A DNA stretch of 64,000 bases, from assembly GCA_965249555.1 (NCBI GenBank), contig OZ252243.1:1696001-1760000 (forward strand). The letters run 5' to 3'. The notes under the pieces were generated by a model. That model did not search any database, had not been told where the DNA came from, and saw nothing but the letters and a program-made list of their open reading frames with translations. Positions 29,583 through 39,900 of this stretch are shown piece by piece (positions within the stretch are counted from its first letter, which is position 1; each line of letters starts with the position of its first letter). Source of the stretch: Nitrosopumilus sp. (GTDB lineage: Archaea; Thermoproteota; Nitrososphaeria; Nitrososphaerales; Nitrosopumilaceae). The translations under genes and the position numbers were made by a program.

Positions 29583-30503
29583 TTATACGTGTACTTGCTT
29601 TAAGATGAAATTTGCTAATGCGTCTTCAGCTATTTTATTTTTCATAGTAATTTTTGTTTCAAAGACTTTCATATCTAAACTCTGAATTTTCTTTATGAGT
29701 AGTTTGTCTTTTGTATCTACAATAATATTTGAACAAACATCTGAATACATTTTTGCTAATCCATATGCATTTGATTCAATTCCTGCAGCCTGCATGTATT
29801 TTGCTGCAGGTCCACTAATTGCATTATCTCCAATTAATGGACTAACCGCTACTACTTTTTTCTTTATCTTTGACAACTCTTTTCTAATTCCTTTGATCTG
29901 AAGCATTGGCCCAATTGATGTCAATGGATTACCCGGAGCTAAAATTACCATGTCTGCATCATGTATTGCATTTACTGCTTCTGGATTTGGGCGAGCTTTC
30001 TCTGCTCCAATATACTGAATCCCTTCAATAGGATCTTTTCCTCTATGCTTGACCCAATATTCTTGCAAATGTAATTCTCCTTTGTTTGTGGTTATTCTTG
30101 TTTCAATACTGTTATCTGTAACTGGTATGATATTTGCAGCAACTGCAAATTTTTCACACATCCATTTTGTAATGTCGCTTAGATTTTTTCCATTTTTTAG
30201 CATGTTTGTTCTAATCAAATTTGTTGCAGCATCTCTATCTCCTATTCGAAACCACGTTTCTTCTCCAAAAACTTCCATTTGACGCAAAAAGTTGAATGTG
30301 TCTTTTTTAATTCCCCAACCTCTTTCTTGATCAAGTAAATCTGCTAAACCATAAACAATAGTATCTATGTCTGGGCAAATGTAAAGCCCATAAAGCCAAT
30401 AATTGTCTCCAACATTACTAATTACATTGACTTTTGGTTCATGAGACACTAAACCTCTTACTAGCTTAACTGAACCTGTCCCTCCTGCTAAAATTGTAAT
30501 CAT
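29583..30503 (-). CDS. cofD: 2-phospho-L-lactate transferase
   Basis: LAGGTGSVKL, CPDIDT, WFRIGDRD, HLQEYWV, NPLTSIGP. Confidence 0.93.
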   Translation of the reverse strand: MITILAGGTGSVKLVRGLVSHEPKVNVISNVGDNYWLYGLYICPDIDTIVYGLADLLDQERGWGIKKDTFNFLRQMEVFGEETWFRIGDRDAATNLIRTNMLKNGKNLSDITKWMCEKFAVAANIIPVTDNSIETRITTNKGELHLQEYWVKHRGKDPIEGIQYIGAEKARPNPEAVNAIHDADMVILAPGNPLTSIGPMLQIKGIRKELSKIKKKVVAVSPLIGDNAISGPAAKYMQAAGIESNAYGLAKMYSDVCSNIIVDTKDKLLIKKIQSLDMKVFETKITMKNKIAEDALANFILKQVHV

Positions 30504-30578
30504 ACCATTTTCTCCTAAAACTGCAAAATCTACTTACATCACTCAATATTACTTTTTCAAAAAATACCGATCAATAAT

Positions 30579-31985
30579 GTGGATAAGTTTATTACTTTAA
30601 TATCCATGATTTTTTTCGTGTCTAGGGCTATAATTTTAACAGTTTTACTTGCTGGTCTTATCATTGTAGGTACATCTACTCCTGTATGGGCTGCCCAATT
30701 AGAATCTCGAATTAATCCAAACGAAGTCTCATCTCCATTTAAAATGAATTATCAAAAAACTATCATCATTGGATATCCAAACGGCGGAAATCTATTTGAT
30801 GAATTACGTGGAAAACAATGGACTGTATCTGGAACTGCTGATTTATCAAATCCTGGAGTTAAGGATCTTTTAGCCAAACTTAATTCAAAAATTGTTTCTG
30901 ATGGGAGCCAAGCAAGAATCTCTGACTTGAATGTCTCTTATGATTTTCATCTTAAAGAAATAAATACCAGTACATCTTTTGATTACAAAGTTATCCTCAA
31001 AGGTACATTAACTAATTATGTAATTACAAAAGATACTCAGAGAACCCTAATTGATTTGGGTTGGAGGGGATTATCTGTTGATGGTGAAATTTTAATTGAC
31101 GACATTGATATCAATATCCCATTAAATCTTCTCAAATCCGAAGAACCAGAAGCTTATACTTTCTTTGTTGGAACTGAAGCAGAAGATATTTTTACCACAC
31201 CTCTCATTAATGCAGACTTTATTTTAGAGCAACCAATGACTAATTGGCACTTTTTGTTTGATCCAACTGGAATTACATCTGATGCCGCAACATTTGGAAT
31301 CGATGAAAGCATTGCAGGATATGTCATTTCCAGTTGGACTATGGGTGAAAGCAGTATTAGAGAAGGAATACAAAGTGAAATAGTCGTTGAAGCAGAAATA
31401 ATGTCTGACCAAAAATATGTTGTTAAAAGTGTACAATCAGCTGATCAAGGTAACTTGTCTGCAGTTGGTTTTGGTGCATTAGATACATTAGAAGGACTTG
31501 AAATTGCAGGTATAACTCCAACTCCACCAGAAGGATATGCAACAACTTCAACTGGTGGATTTCCAGTAATGATAGTTTATGGTATGGCTGCAATGGCTGC
31601 TCTTGGAGGAATTGGATTTTTTATTTACAGCAATAGATCACTCAAAAAAGAAGCACAAGGTCAACAAGGAATAGCTCCTGATCACTTAGTGGGTTATGAA
31701 ACCAGCGCATCATCTGGTGGTTATCAAACCAATAGAGGTGAAGCACAATTAAAAGACGATACTAGTTATCAAAAAACTCGAAGTGTTTATGAAGACACTC
31801 AACAACAGAGTCCTCCTCCGCAAGCAGCAACTCCTAGTATGTTAGATCAAGCCTGTGGATGCGAAGCCGATAGCGGCGATCCTGATTATGCATGTGATTG
31901 TGCAATGCAAGGTCATTGTATTTGTAGTGCTGATTGCAAATGTTTAACTGACGTTTGTAAAGAAGCAGTTGGACAATTGTCATAA
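30579..31985 (+). CDS. Exported/membrane-anchored hypothetical protein with Cys-rich C-terminal tail
   Basis: Signal peptide, single TM near the C-terminus, then CGC...CDC...CIC...CKC...C. Confidence 0.75.
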   Translation: MDKFITLISMIFFVSRAIILTVLLAGLIIVGTSTPVWAAQLESRINPNEVSSPFKMNYQKTIIIGYPNGGNLFDELRGKQWTVSGTADLSNPGVKDLLAKLNSKIVSDGSQARISDLNVSYDFHLKEINTSTSFDYKVILKGTLTNYVITKDTQRTLIDLGWRGLSVDGEILIDDIDINIPLNLLKSEEPEAYTFFVGTEAEDIFTTPLINADFILEQPMTNWHFLFDPTGITSDAATFGIDESIAGYVISSWTMGESSIREGIQSEIVVEAEIMSDQKYVVKSVQSADQGNLSAVGFGALDTLEGLEIAGITPTPPEGYATTSTGGFPVMIVYGMAAMAALGGIGFFIYSNRSLKKEAQGQQGIAPDHLVGYETSASSGGYQTNRGEAQLKDDTSYQKTRSVYEDTQQQSPPPQAATPSMLDQACGCEADSGDPDYACDCAMQGHCICSADCKCLTDVCKEAVGQLS

Positions 31986-32027
31986 GATATCTAATTACAA
32001 TTTTGTTAAACAAATTTTAAAAAAATT

Positions 32028-32312
32028 ATGTGTGCTGGGAGTAACCCTCCTTCTGTTTTCACGATATTTCGCTTTGCAGCCTACCTGAACTTAGTACAGG
32101 AACATTGAGTTCTGTTTGGCCTTGCTCCATGTGGGTCGGCTTTTTTCATTCCTTTTATGGAAATCTCAGGTTCTCACCATCACTGTGCGCCATATTGGAT
32201 TTTTTTCTGTTCCGTTGCCAATCATCTCTGATTATCTATCTCCAGATCACATTTCCTGTATGGAGGGAGGAGTTTCCTCTGCCGTAGCAGCGTGTCGTGC
32301 TCCAGCTCACAT
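32028..32312 (-). ncRNA. rnpB: RNase P RNA (archaeal)
   Basis: Minus strand has GAGGAAACTCC (CR I) and AACAGAAGGAGGGTTA (CR V); terminal P1 pairing; GC-rich intergenic segment. Confidence 0.9.
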
Positions 32313-32343
32313 AGAATTAATATTCACTTCTAGAATTTGAGTT

Positions 32344-33054
32344 TTACTTTTCAGATTTTATGCCTGTTATAAACAAAGTCCCAAATTCCCTTTTCCATTT
32401 CTTTTTATTTTTTGAATCTTTGATGTGTTTTGTTTTTACTTGAAATCCGGCATTTTCAAAAAATTGTTTCCATTCTTTTTTTGAATGTAGATGCATCTGT
32501 ATTTTCATAATATTTATCCATCTTGCAGTTGCCTTGTTGTCTGTGTAAAAGTCTGTTCCACAGAAAAATTGTCCACCGGGTTTTAATAATTTGTAGATTT
32601 TTTCAAGTGCAATTTTAATTGAATCTGCATAATAAAGTGATTCCATTGAAAAGATAAAATCAAATTTTCCTTTGTGATTCCAAGATTCAATATCTGTATG
32701 AACAAATAATTCTTTATTATTATCTAGTTTCTTTCCAGCTTGAATGATCATATTCTTGCTAATGTCAATCCCTATGGATTTTTTACAATTATTTTTTTTA
32801 GCGATTTTTCTTACAACCCATCCATTTCCACATCCCACATCAAGGAATGTAAATGGTTTATCAAATACTATTGTCTGTAAAAATTTTGAAACATTATTCC
32901 CGTGTTCATTTTCCATTAATTCCGCTCTGCCATTTTGAGCCCACTTATCAAACGTTTTTTTAACACCATTCATGATTTTTGGTTTTTTTGTTTCCATTAT
33001 AATCTTCGTCTTACTGAGCTTTGAGCTGAACGACTTCGTGTTGCTTATATCCAA
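32344..33054 (-). CDS. Class I SAM-dependent methyltransferase
   Basis: FLDVGCGNGW, GIDIS, LKPGG. Confidence 0.88.
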   Translation of the reverse strand: MDISNTKSFSSKLSKTKIIMETKKPKIMNGVKKTFDKWAQNGRAELMENEHGNNVSKFLQTIVFDKPFTFLDVGCGNGWVVRKIAKKNNCKKSIGIDISKNMIIQAGKKLDNNKELFVHTDIESWNHKGKFDFIFSMESLYYADSIKIALEKIYKLLKPGGQFFCGTDFYTDNKATARWINIMKIQMHLHSKKEWKQFFENAGFQVKTKHIKDSKNKKKWKREFGTLFITGIKSEK

Positions 33055-33080
33055 TTTTCATTAATTTAATTTGAAACGAA

Positions 33081-33290
33081 TTGCCTGATGAATCATGTCG
33101 AAATTGTGGTGGAAAATTAATTGATAATACCAAATGTTCTCAATACATGAAAACCAAATAGCATGATTTGTATAGAATGTGAACTTTGTACCATCGAGCA
33201 ATTTCATTCAACTTGTATATCTCAGAAAACTCACCATGCCAACACTGTGTCATCAATCAAGTCAGACAACTATGTAGTTGCTCTGGCTTG
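33081..33290 (+). pseudogene. Degenerate small thaumarchaeal Zn-finger gene (end approximate)
   Basis: MPDESCRNCGGKLIDNTKCSQ... frameshift ...SMICIECELCTIEQFH. Confidence 0.5.
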
Positions 33291-33322
33291 ATAATATCTG
33301 ATTAACGATTTTCTAGTATCAT
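33287..33322 (+). repeat. 36-bp direct repeat, copy 1
   Basis: CTTGATAATATCTGATTAACGATTTTCTAGTATCAT; copy 2 at 34603-34638 differs by one base. Confidence 0.9.
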
Positions 33323-33398
33323 GTTGAAACATACGAGGGATTGGAGTGGACCCCACTAAATGAGAACACTTTTTGCATAATTTTACATACCATTACCC

Positions 33399-34223
33399 TC
33401 ATTTATGTCTCATCTCCCATTTTTCCAGAAATTCATCTGGCGTGATGTATCCAAGTGCAGAGTGAATCCTGGAATCGTTGTAATCCTCAAATGCCTTGGC
33501 AATTCTTACTTGTGCTGATTGGAAATTTTCAAACTCGTGTGGCCAGAGATATTCCTTCTTTAACGTTTTATGAAACGATTCGACATGACCATTTTGTTGT
33601 GGTGTATGGTGCCAGATGAATTCCTGTCTTGCACCCAAAAGCAGGATTGCTTCTTTGAACTTTCGGCTTACATATTGCGAACCATTGTCAGTCCGTATAA
33701 TCAGTTTGGCACAATCCGGATTGGAAGTTGCAATTGCATGAATGATTGATTCTGTTGCAGCATCTTTGCTTGCAGTTACATCAAATGTGTATGAAATCCA
33801 TTTTCTGCTAAATGTATCTATGACATTAAAGCAGTAACACCAACTGTCAACCCCACACCAGACATATGTCATATCTGTCTGCCACAACTGGTTTGGCGCA
33901 GTCGGTTTGAAAAGTTTCTTTTTGGATGCCATGATGTCTTTTTTGGTCTTTGCAGGTGCAATCCAGCCTAGCTTGTGGAATATTCTGCGAATCTGCTTTC
34001 TGTTTACAGGCAATCCAAGCTCCCTTGCTGTGGCTGCAGCCATCCTACGGGTTCCATATGTTGGCCTGGCATTTCCAATCTTTTGGACCATTTGGGATAC
34101 GGTCTTGTTTAGTGGAATGTTTCGGGGTGATTTTGTATGGTACCATTTGTTGTGCGATATCCCAACGTATGATAATGATTTTCTCAGACTCAATTTTGCA
34201 GTGAGCTGCTTTGCAATGATCAT
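33399..34223 (-). CDS. IS3-family transposase OrfB (rve/DDE)
   Basis: YGTRRM, WQTDMTY, TDNGSQY, NGHVESFH, RIHSALGY. Confidence 0.93.
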   Translation of the reverse strand: MIIAKQLTAKLSLRKSLSYVGISHNKWYHTKSPRNIPLNKTVSQMVQKIGNARPTYGTRRMAAATARELGLPVNRKQIRRIFHKLGWIAPAKTKKDIMASKKKLFKPTAPNQLWQTDMTYVWCGVDSWCYCFNVIDTFSRKWISYTFDVTASKDAATESIIHAIATSNPDCAKLIIRTDNGSQYVSRKFKEAILLLGARQEFIWHHTPQQNGHVESFHKTLKKEYLWPHEFENFQSAQVRIAKAFEDYNDSRIHSALGYITPDEFLEKWEMRHK

Positions 34224-34510
34224 CTTTTGTGTCCCTCCAACGTTTTTTTAAAAGTGTCATTGACGATGGTCAGCTCACCTACGATTCTTTTTAGAGTCTC
34301 ATTTTCTTTTTGTAATGTCTTGCATGTATTGTCACCAGATCTGCTGTTTAATGCGGATTTGCCTCCATCCACAAACTTTTCTTTCCAAGAGTAGAATGTC
34401 TGCGGATGAATATTGTACTTTCTGCACAATTCTGCAGTTCCAATGTTGGTGTTTAATGATTCAAGGATTATCCTTGATTTTTCTGCAGGTGTGAATTTGT
34501 TCTTTACCAT
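34220..34510 (-). CDS. IS3-family transposase OrfA (HTH)
   Basis: FTPAEKSRII...ELCRKYNIHPQTFYSWK, leucine zipper. Confidence 0.92.
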   Translation of the reverse strand: MVKNKFTPAEKSRIILESLNTNIGTAELCRKYNIHPQTFYSWKEKFVDGGKSALNSRSGDNTCKTLQKENETLKRIVGELTIVNDTFKKTLEGHKR

Positions 34511-34602
34511 GAGTGTGAATCTCCTAGATCTCCTGAAAAGTGTATGTATGCAGGCGTTCTCATTCTAGAGGGGACCAGACCAGGATAAGCAAAGACTTGT
34601 CC

Positions 34603-34638
34603 CTTGATAATGTCTGATTAACGATTTTCTAGTATCAT
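34603..34638 (+). repeat. 36-bp direct repeat, copy 2
   Basis: CTTGATAATGTCTGATTAACGATTTTCTAGTATCAT. Confidence 0.9.
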
Positions 34639-34672
34639 AGATACCCAAGTTTTAAGTAAGATATGCATAGAT

Positions 34673-37639
34673 TTGATCCTTGTGAGACAAATTTCTGTTG
34701 TTTTAAGCCTAATTGTTCTTCTTTTGATACCTGTATATGCTTCTGCCCAAAGTCCTGATAGGATCACAATTCTTGAAAATTTTGGTAATTATGATGGTGG
34801 CGAACCTCTATTCATTTATGGTCAAGTTGCAAATATCTTAGATGATTCTTTTCTGATAATGCAAATCATTAATCCTCGTGGTGATCTGTGTCAAATCCAA
34901 CAACTCATACCATTGTCAAATGGCGTTTTTATCACAGACGTAATTCCACTAAAAGGTAGAATTTGTGGTCTTTCTGGTGAATATGAAATTAAATTATTCT
35001 ATGGTGATTATTCAAAATCTACTACCTTCAATGTCTCTTCTGGCTCTTTTTCTGAAATAAACAATGATCAAAAGATTTCTTTAGCACAAAACTTGGTATC
35101 TTCACATGCATCATTAATTAGTAAAACGTTTGATATCTCCTCTCCGATATCAGACCACATCTCTAATAATTTGTCTGATATGGAATCTACTTATGTCGAT
35201 TTGTGGGATGAATTTTTTGTAGATGATTTGATTATTGAAATAAATCCCTTGATTCGACCTGCAGTAGTTTCCTCATTGGATTCAGTCCAGCAATTATTGA
35301 ACAAAGATGAAATATCTTTTGATATTGCAAAATCTATTGACAGAATAATTTTTGCAGCAGTATTTTATTATGAAATTGGTGACAAAATAAAAGCAATTGA
35401 TTTGTTAACTGATGCGTTTGTTGATATTAGAAATGTCAATCCTGAAAAGGTTGCTAACCAAAGAACTCCAACTTTTGATGAATTAGAGGATACACTACTA
35501 AACTTGATGAAGAAGTCTGATACAATAATGAGCAGAGATGTAAAACATGAAGTTGGATTCATCTTTGCTAGAGGAACTGCACCTATTTACTCTGATGAAA
35601 TTACTGAACTCGTTGACATGCTTTCAAAATCAAGATATCTTGATATTGTTTCAAGAAAGCAAAGTGATCTTTACAGACTTGTACAAAATGATTGGGAATC
35701 CCTCAAGCCTTCTTTAATGAACAAAGACTCCATCGAAGAATTAATTGAATCAAAGACACGTGTCTCTGAATTACACAAAGCATCAATCCTTTTACGAGAA
35801 CTAGATGGAGTTGAAAGATTCATTTCTTCTGATTCTGAAGAAAATAACGACCTTGCAAATCTGATTATGCCTGATTGGGATGATTTGGAGTCTAATTTGG
35901 CATTAGCAACTTCAGTTGAGGATATTTTGGAATCCGAATCTAAGATTTATCAAATGACTCAGATTATAGATATTTCATCAAGAATTAGTAAGAGTGTTGA
36001 AATTTCCCAAACAACTGGATCTGATTCACGTCTTACATCTGATTGGAAATTACTTTTAGAAAGAGTTGAAAACGCCAAATCAGTAGATGAAATTTTAGAA
36101 ATCATTTCAGAGTTTGATCAATCCATGACCGAACTAAGGGAGAAACGAAATCCTTTGACCGTTTTAGAATTTCAATACAAGACCATGAAAGAGAAAGCTG
36201 AACTTCAAGCTGATTATGAAAATATATTTTTGATTGACAATGCCTTGAAAATTTTAAGCACTGCAAAACAAATGGAATCTGGAAATCCATCAATTACTAG
36301 AATTGATAGAATTGAAGTCTTGTTAACATGGGTTAGTGAAAAAGCCCCCCAGATTAAAACAGATTTGGATTCTTATAATAAAGATGCATTCAAAATTCGT
36401 GCTAGTGATGTTTTACAGCGCGCAAAATCTCTTGAAAACTTGGTTGAATTGAGTCTAACTAAGAATAGATTCTTGCCAAACTATATTGAATTTACTGAAA
36501 AATTTAATGAAAAAATCGATGATGCACGAGATCTTGTAACTAAAAATGATCTTGATCAAGCTGATAAACTAGTTCGTGATTTGTTTAGTGAATGGACTCT
36601 TGTTTCACAGGCATATGTGGATGATCCTTATGGCTCTGATGTCGGTTATACTGTAGATGAAATCAAACGTATCGATTTCCGTAAAAAACTAGAGGCATTT
36701 TCAAGCATGGTATCTACTTTCTATAACAGTGAATTTTCTGCACACGTGGATGGTTATAACAAATTGATGGATGATGCATATGACTTGATTGATATTGCAA
36801 ACTTTATTGATGCTGAATCTAAGATTTTGGAAATTGGTGACTATCTTAGTGAATATTTGGTTCTAGATAATTCTAAAATTATTTATGATATATCATTTGA
36901 TGCTGAAAAAGACATTTGGGTAATCAAGGGTGCCACTGACAAACCAGTCTTTGATAGGCGAGAAAATTTGTATGTCACTATTTACAATATGGATGGCAGC
37001 ACTCATAGTAGTTTAGAATTCACTGATACTAAGCAGGGCAACTTTTACACTCAGTGGGTTGCACCAACAGATCCTGGTCTTTATGTTGTTATGTTACAAT
37101 ATCAAAATTCAAAGGCTACGCAGATTGTTCATGTTGAGGATAAAATTGGCTATGTGTCTAGTAAATCTGATCTAAATATGGTTGACCTAGCACGTGAATT
37201 TGAAGAATTAGAATCATTTGCAAAAGAATTTGGTGGCAATAATTTTGATGAAAATCCTCGATTTGCATCTGTAATTAATGAAATTAAATTTGGTTTTACT
37301 GATAGAAATACTGAAAGTGTTAGTGATAATCTAGATGAACTCAAGATAATAATTGAACGATATCTTCCAATACGAAATCCTGCAGCCCCTATTCAAGCTG
37401 AATACGATGGAGATAAACTGGTCATATCTGGTCGTATTTTGAAAGTTGTTCAGTTTAGTGAAGATCTTTTTATTGACATCTATGATCAACGAGGTAATCT
37501 TGTAGAGGAAATTGCTCTAAGGGACGATCCTACAGGATTGTTTAATGAAGTTATATCACAACCATTTGACTCTGGCGTTTATGTTGTTCAATTACAATAT
37601 CATAACTTGATAGTAACTGACTTTTTTAATGTAAGATAA
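34673..37639 (+). CDS. Large exported hypothetical protein (helical core, Ig-like terminal domains)
   Basis: 988-aa ORF with signal peptide. Confidence 0.8.
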   Translation: MILVRQISVVLSLIVLLLIPVYASAQSPDRITILENFGNYDGGEPLFIYGQVANILDDSFLIMQIINPRGDLCQIQQLIPLSNGVFITDVIPLKGRICGLSGEYEIKLFYGDYSKSTTFNVSSGSFSEINNDQKISLAQNLVSSHASLISKTFDISSPISDHISNNLSDMESTYVDLWDEFFVDDLIIEINPLIRPAVVSSLDSVQQLLNKDEISFDIAKSIDRIIFAAVFYYEIGDKIKAIDLLTDAFVDIRNVNPEKVANQRTPTFDELEDTLLNLMKKSDTIMSRDVKHEVGFIFARGTAPIYSDEITELVDMLSKSRYLDIVSRKQSDLYRLVQNDWESLKPSLMNKDSIEELIESKTRVSELHKASILLRELDGVERFISSDSEENNDLANLIMPDWDDLESNLALATSVEDILESESKIYQMTQIIDISSRISKSVEISQTTGSDSRLTSDWKLLLERVENAKSVDEILEIISEFDQSMTELREKRNPLTVLEFQYKTMKEKAELQADYENIFLIDNALKILSTAKQMESGNPSITRIDRIEVLLTWVSEKAPQIKTDLDSYNKDAFKIRASDVLQRAKSLENLVELSLTKNRFLPNYIEFTEKFNEKIDDARDLVTKNDLDQADKLVRDLFSEWTLVSQAYVDDPYGSDVGYTVDEIKRIDFRKKLEAFSSMVSTFYNSEFSAHVDGYNKLMDDAYDLIDIANFIDAESKILEIGDYLSEYLVLDNSKIIYDISFDAEKDIWVIKGATDKPVFDRRENLYVTIYNMDGSTHSSLEFTDTKQGNFYTQWVAPTDPGLYVVMLQYQNSKATQIVHVEDKIGYVSSKSDLNMVDLAREFEELESFAKEFGGNNFDENPRFASVINEIKFGFTDRNTESVSDNLDELKIIIERYLPIRNPAAPIQAEYDGDKLVISGRILKVVQFSEDLFIDIYDQRGNLVEEIALRDDPTGLFNEVISQPFDSGVYVVQLQYHNLIVTDFFNVR

Positions 37640-38854
37640 TTAGTTTTTTCCTTTCACTAAATTGAAAAGTTGCCTTACTGCAAGTTTTGGATGACGTGTT
37701 GCTAATTTAATCATGTTGGATAATCCAAAATCAGCTTTTATGAAATCAAGAAATTCTTCAGCTTTTAATTCCTTGATTATATCTAATTCTTTATCCCATT
37801 CTTCATCTGATAGACCAATCCATCTACTCTGAACTTTCCCTGCAGAGTTGATTTTTGATTCAATCTCTTTTTTCCAGTTTTCTTCGTATGGATAAAGTGC
37901 AGATTCGTTGGTCTTTCCAGATTTAATGGCCTCTGATGAGACTTTTCCCGCCACTCTTCCAAATTTTATTGCATATCGAATTCCTTCTAAAACCAGTGGG
38001 TTTGCTTGCCCAGCTGAATCTCCGACAAGTATCAAATTGTTAAAGACTGTTTTTCTTGATAATCCATCATTTGGAATTAATCCATAGTGAAATTCTATTG
38101 GTGTTATTTTTCCTAGTTTTTTAATTGGACCTAGTTTTGTTTTCATTAATTCTTCTAGTCTTTGTGTTGGGTCTACATCTGATTCTGGTTTCCCTATACC
38201 TACCCCAATTCTTACAATGTTGTTCCCTAAAGGAAAAATCCATGCATATCCTGCAGGTGAATATTGCTGTCCTACCATTAACCACCATGTTTCAGAATCT
38301 ACATTTTCTACTTTTGCTTCATATTCAGATCCTGCTCCAAATCGCTTCCATTGAGTAACAAAACCCATTGCTTTACAAACTGTTGAAGGAAATCCACTTG
38401 CATCAATTACAACTTTGGAATGAAATGTTGTCTTCCCATTAGGCCCAGATCCTCTAACTCCTATGATGTCTCCTTTCTCATTTTTGATAACCTCGTTAAC
38501 ATTAGTTTTAACAAAAATATCTACTCCAGCTTTTTCTGCTTCATGTGCTAACCATCTGTATGTTTTCCTTACATCTAATACTGCTGCTCTTGGAATTGAA
38601 TCACTAATGGTGATTTCATTATTTGGTGAACAAAACGAAAAATTTTTGATTGGATTAAAACAATCATCTGGGATTCCAAATTCTTTGATACTTTGAATCC
38701 ATGTGACACCGCTGGTTCTGACTGTTTCTGCAATTGAATTTTCTTTTTCAAGTAATGCTACTTTAATTCCATTTTTTGCAGCTGTGAATGCTGCAGATGA
38801 TCCTGCTGGACCTCCTCCGACAACTACTAAATCATAATAGTACTCTTCTGACAA
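37640..38854 (-). CDS. Geranylgeranyl reductase family FAD-dependent oxidoreductase
   Basis: VVGGGPAGS, GYAWIFP, LVGDSAGQANPLVLEGI. Confidence 0.85.
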   Translation of the reverse strand: MSEEYYYDLVVVGGGPAGSSAAFTAAKNGIKVALLEKENSIAETVRTSGVTWIQSIKEFGIPDDCFNPIKNFSFCSPNNEITISDSIPRAAVLDVRKTYRWLAHEAEKAGVDIFVKTNVNEVIKNEKGDIIGVRGSGPNGKTTFHSKVVIDASGFPSTVCKAMGFVTQWKRFGAGSEYEAKVENVDSETWWLMVGQQYSPAGYAWIFPLGNNIVRIGVGIGKPESDVDPTQRLEELMKTKLGPIKKLGKITPIEFHYGLIPNDGLSRKTVFNNLILVGDSAGQANPLVLEGIRYAIKFGRVAGKVSSEAIKSGKTNESALYPYEENWKKEIESKINSAGKVQSRWIGLSDEEWDKELDIIKELKAEEFLDFIKADFGLSNMIKLATRHPKLAVRQLFNLVKGKN

Positions 38855-38905
38855 TTAACTTGAATCCGTAGACCTAGGATATAATTTTGAGGTATATGGC
38901 AGAAA

Positions 38906-39133
38906 TTATTTTTTCAAAATAGCAGTGCCTACTGTATCATTTTCTCTTTCTGAATCAAAAGTTTGCATGTGTTGCGGATCTCTGTGCATAAAACTGTGCG
39001 TTTCCCCTTCTTTTTTTCTACAGAATTTTGAATGAATTGTCTCTTCTATCTTTAATGTCGTTTCATTTTCGTGAAATAGGCGTTTTCCACAATCAGGACA
39101 TATGATTTCAGGCATGAATTCATTCTGTATCAA
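38906..39133 (-). CDS. Small Zn-finger protein
   Basis: CPDCG...H...C. Confidence 0.6.
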   Translation of the reverse strand: MIQNEFMPEIICPDCGKRLFHENETTLKIEETIHSKFCRKKEGETHSFMHRDPQHMQTFDSERENDTVGTAILKK

Positions 39134-39224
39134 ATCTATTTAGATGTTTCAGACTACATGAAAATTGTGTATTTCAAATATTTGTAAACCGAAACTTTAG
39201 ATGTTTAGTAATTCATTATTTCTT

Positions 39225-39350
39225 ATGGATGAATCTGAAATCTCGTCTTTTGTAATGTGGTCTGTAGTTACTGGAATTGTTATGATCATTACTGGACTAA
39301 GTTACCGTGTATATTTGAGGAAAAAGAATCATGAGATCTCTCCATCTTGA
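39225..39350 (+). CDS. 41-aa single-pass membrane microprotein
   Basis: MDESEISSFVMWSVVTGIVMIITGLSYRVYLRKKNHEISPS: TM helix followed by basic residues. Confidence 0.45.
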   Translation: MDESEISSFVMWSVVTGIVMIITGLSYRVYLRKKNHEISPS

Positions 39351-39900
39351 AAAAAAGGGTCTACGTGGGCTTGCAATTGCTGAAAGCTTCAGACAAAACT
39401 CCCAAAAATCTGTATTTTCTGGAATTGTAATGCGCCGAGATTTTATCATTGATGGATTTGTCTTTGGAAGTGCAACATTAGAAGGTGATGATGCAACTGA
39501 TACAATATTGAAGATGTATGATGATCTTCATAGACCTGATATCAGTTATGTCTTGATTTCTGGTTTGATAGTATCTATGTATAATATTATAAACATCAAA
39601 AAATTATACGATTCTCTTAAAATTCCGATAATTGGAATATCTTACAATGATTCTTTGGGAATTGAAGATGCGCTTAAACATCATTTTCCAAATTCATTTG
39701 AATCCAAAATTTCTGCATACCAAAAATTAGGAAAACGAGAAAAAATTACTCTAAGTACATCTTATAATATTTTTGTTAGAAAAGAAGGTTGTACTTTAGG
39801 TGATGTAAAACATCTTTTAAATGAATTAACGTTGCATGGCTCTGTTCCAGAACCTATACGCGTATCACAATTACTTGCAAAAACATTACTTTTGAAATGA
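39331..39900 (+). CDS. DUF99 family protein (endonuclease V-like fold)
   Basis: GDDATDTI...YNIINI...VPEPIRVS. Confidence 0.78.
   Translation: MRSLHLEKKGLRGLAIAESFRQNSQKSVFSGIVMRRDFIIDGFVFGSATLEGDDATDTILKMYDDLHRPDISYVLISGLIVSMYNIINIKKLYDSLKIPIIGISYNDSLGIEDALKHHFPNSFESKISAYQKLGKREKITLSTSYNIFVRKEGCTLGDVKHLLNELTLHGSVPEPIRVSQLLAKTLLLK

Larger units (their letters stand above)
33342..34582 (-). mobile_element. IS3-family insertion sequence, copy 1 (1241 bp)
   Basis: TG...CA ends; imperfect TIRs TGGTCTGGTCCCCTCTAGAATGAGAAC / TGGAGTGGACCCCACTAAATGAGAAC; 4-bp TSD GGAT. Confidence 0.93.

Noticed and set aside
32105-32340. Two short + strand ORFs
   Set aside because: They lie antisense to the RNase P RNA gene
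33342-33349. TGGAGTGG shared between the IS3 end and the islet sites; CCACTCCAGG near 28575
   Set aside because: Only 8-10 bp match, internal to the islet sites, and the flanks differ; likely coincidence
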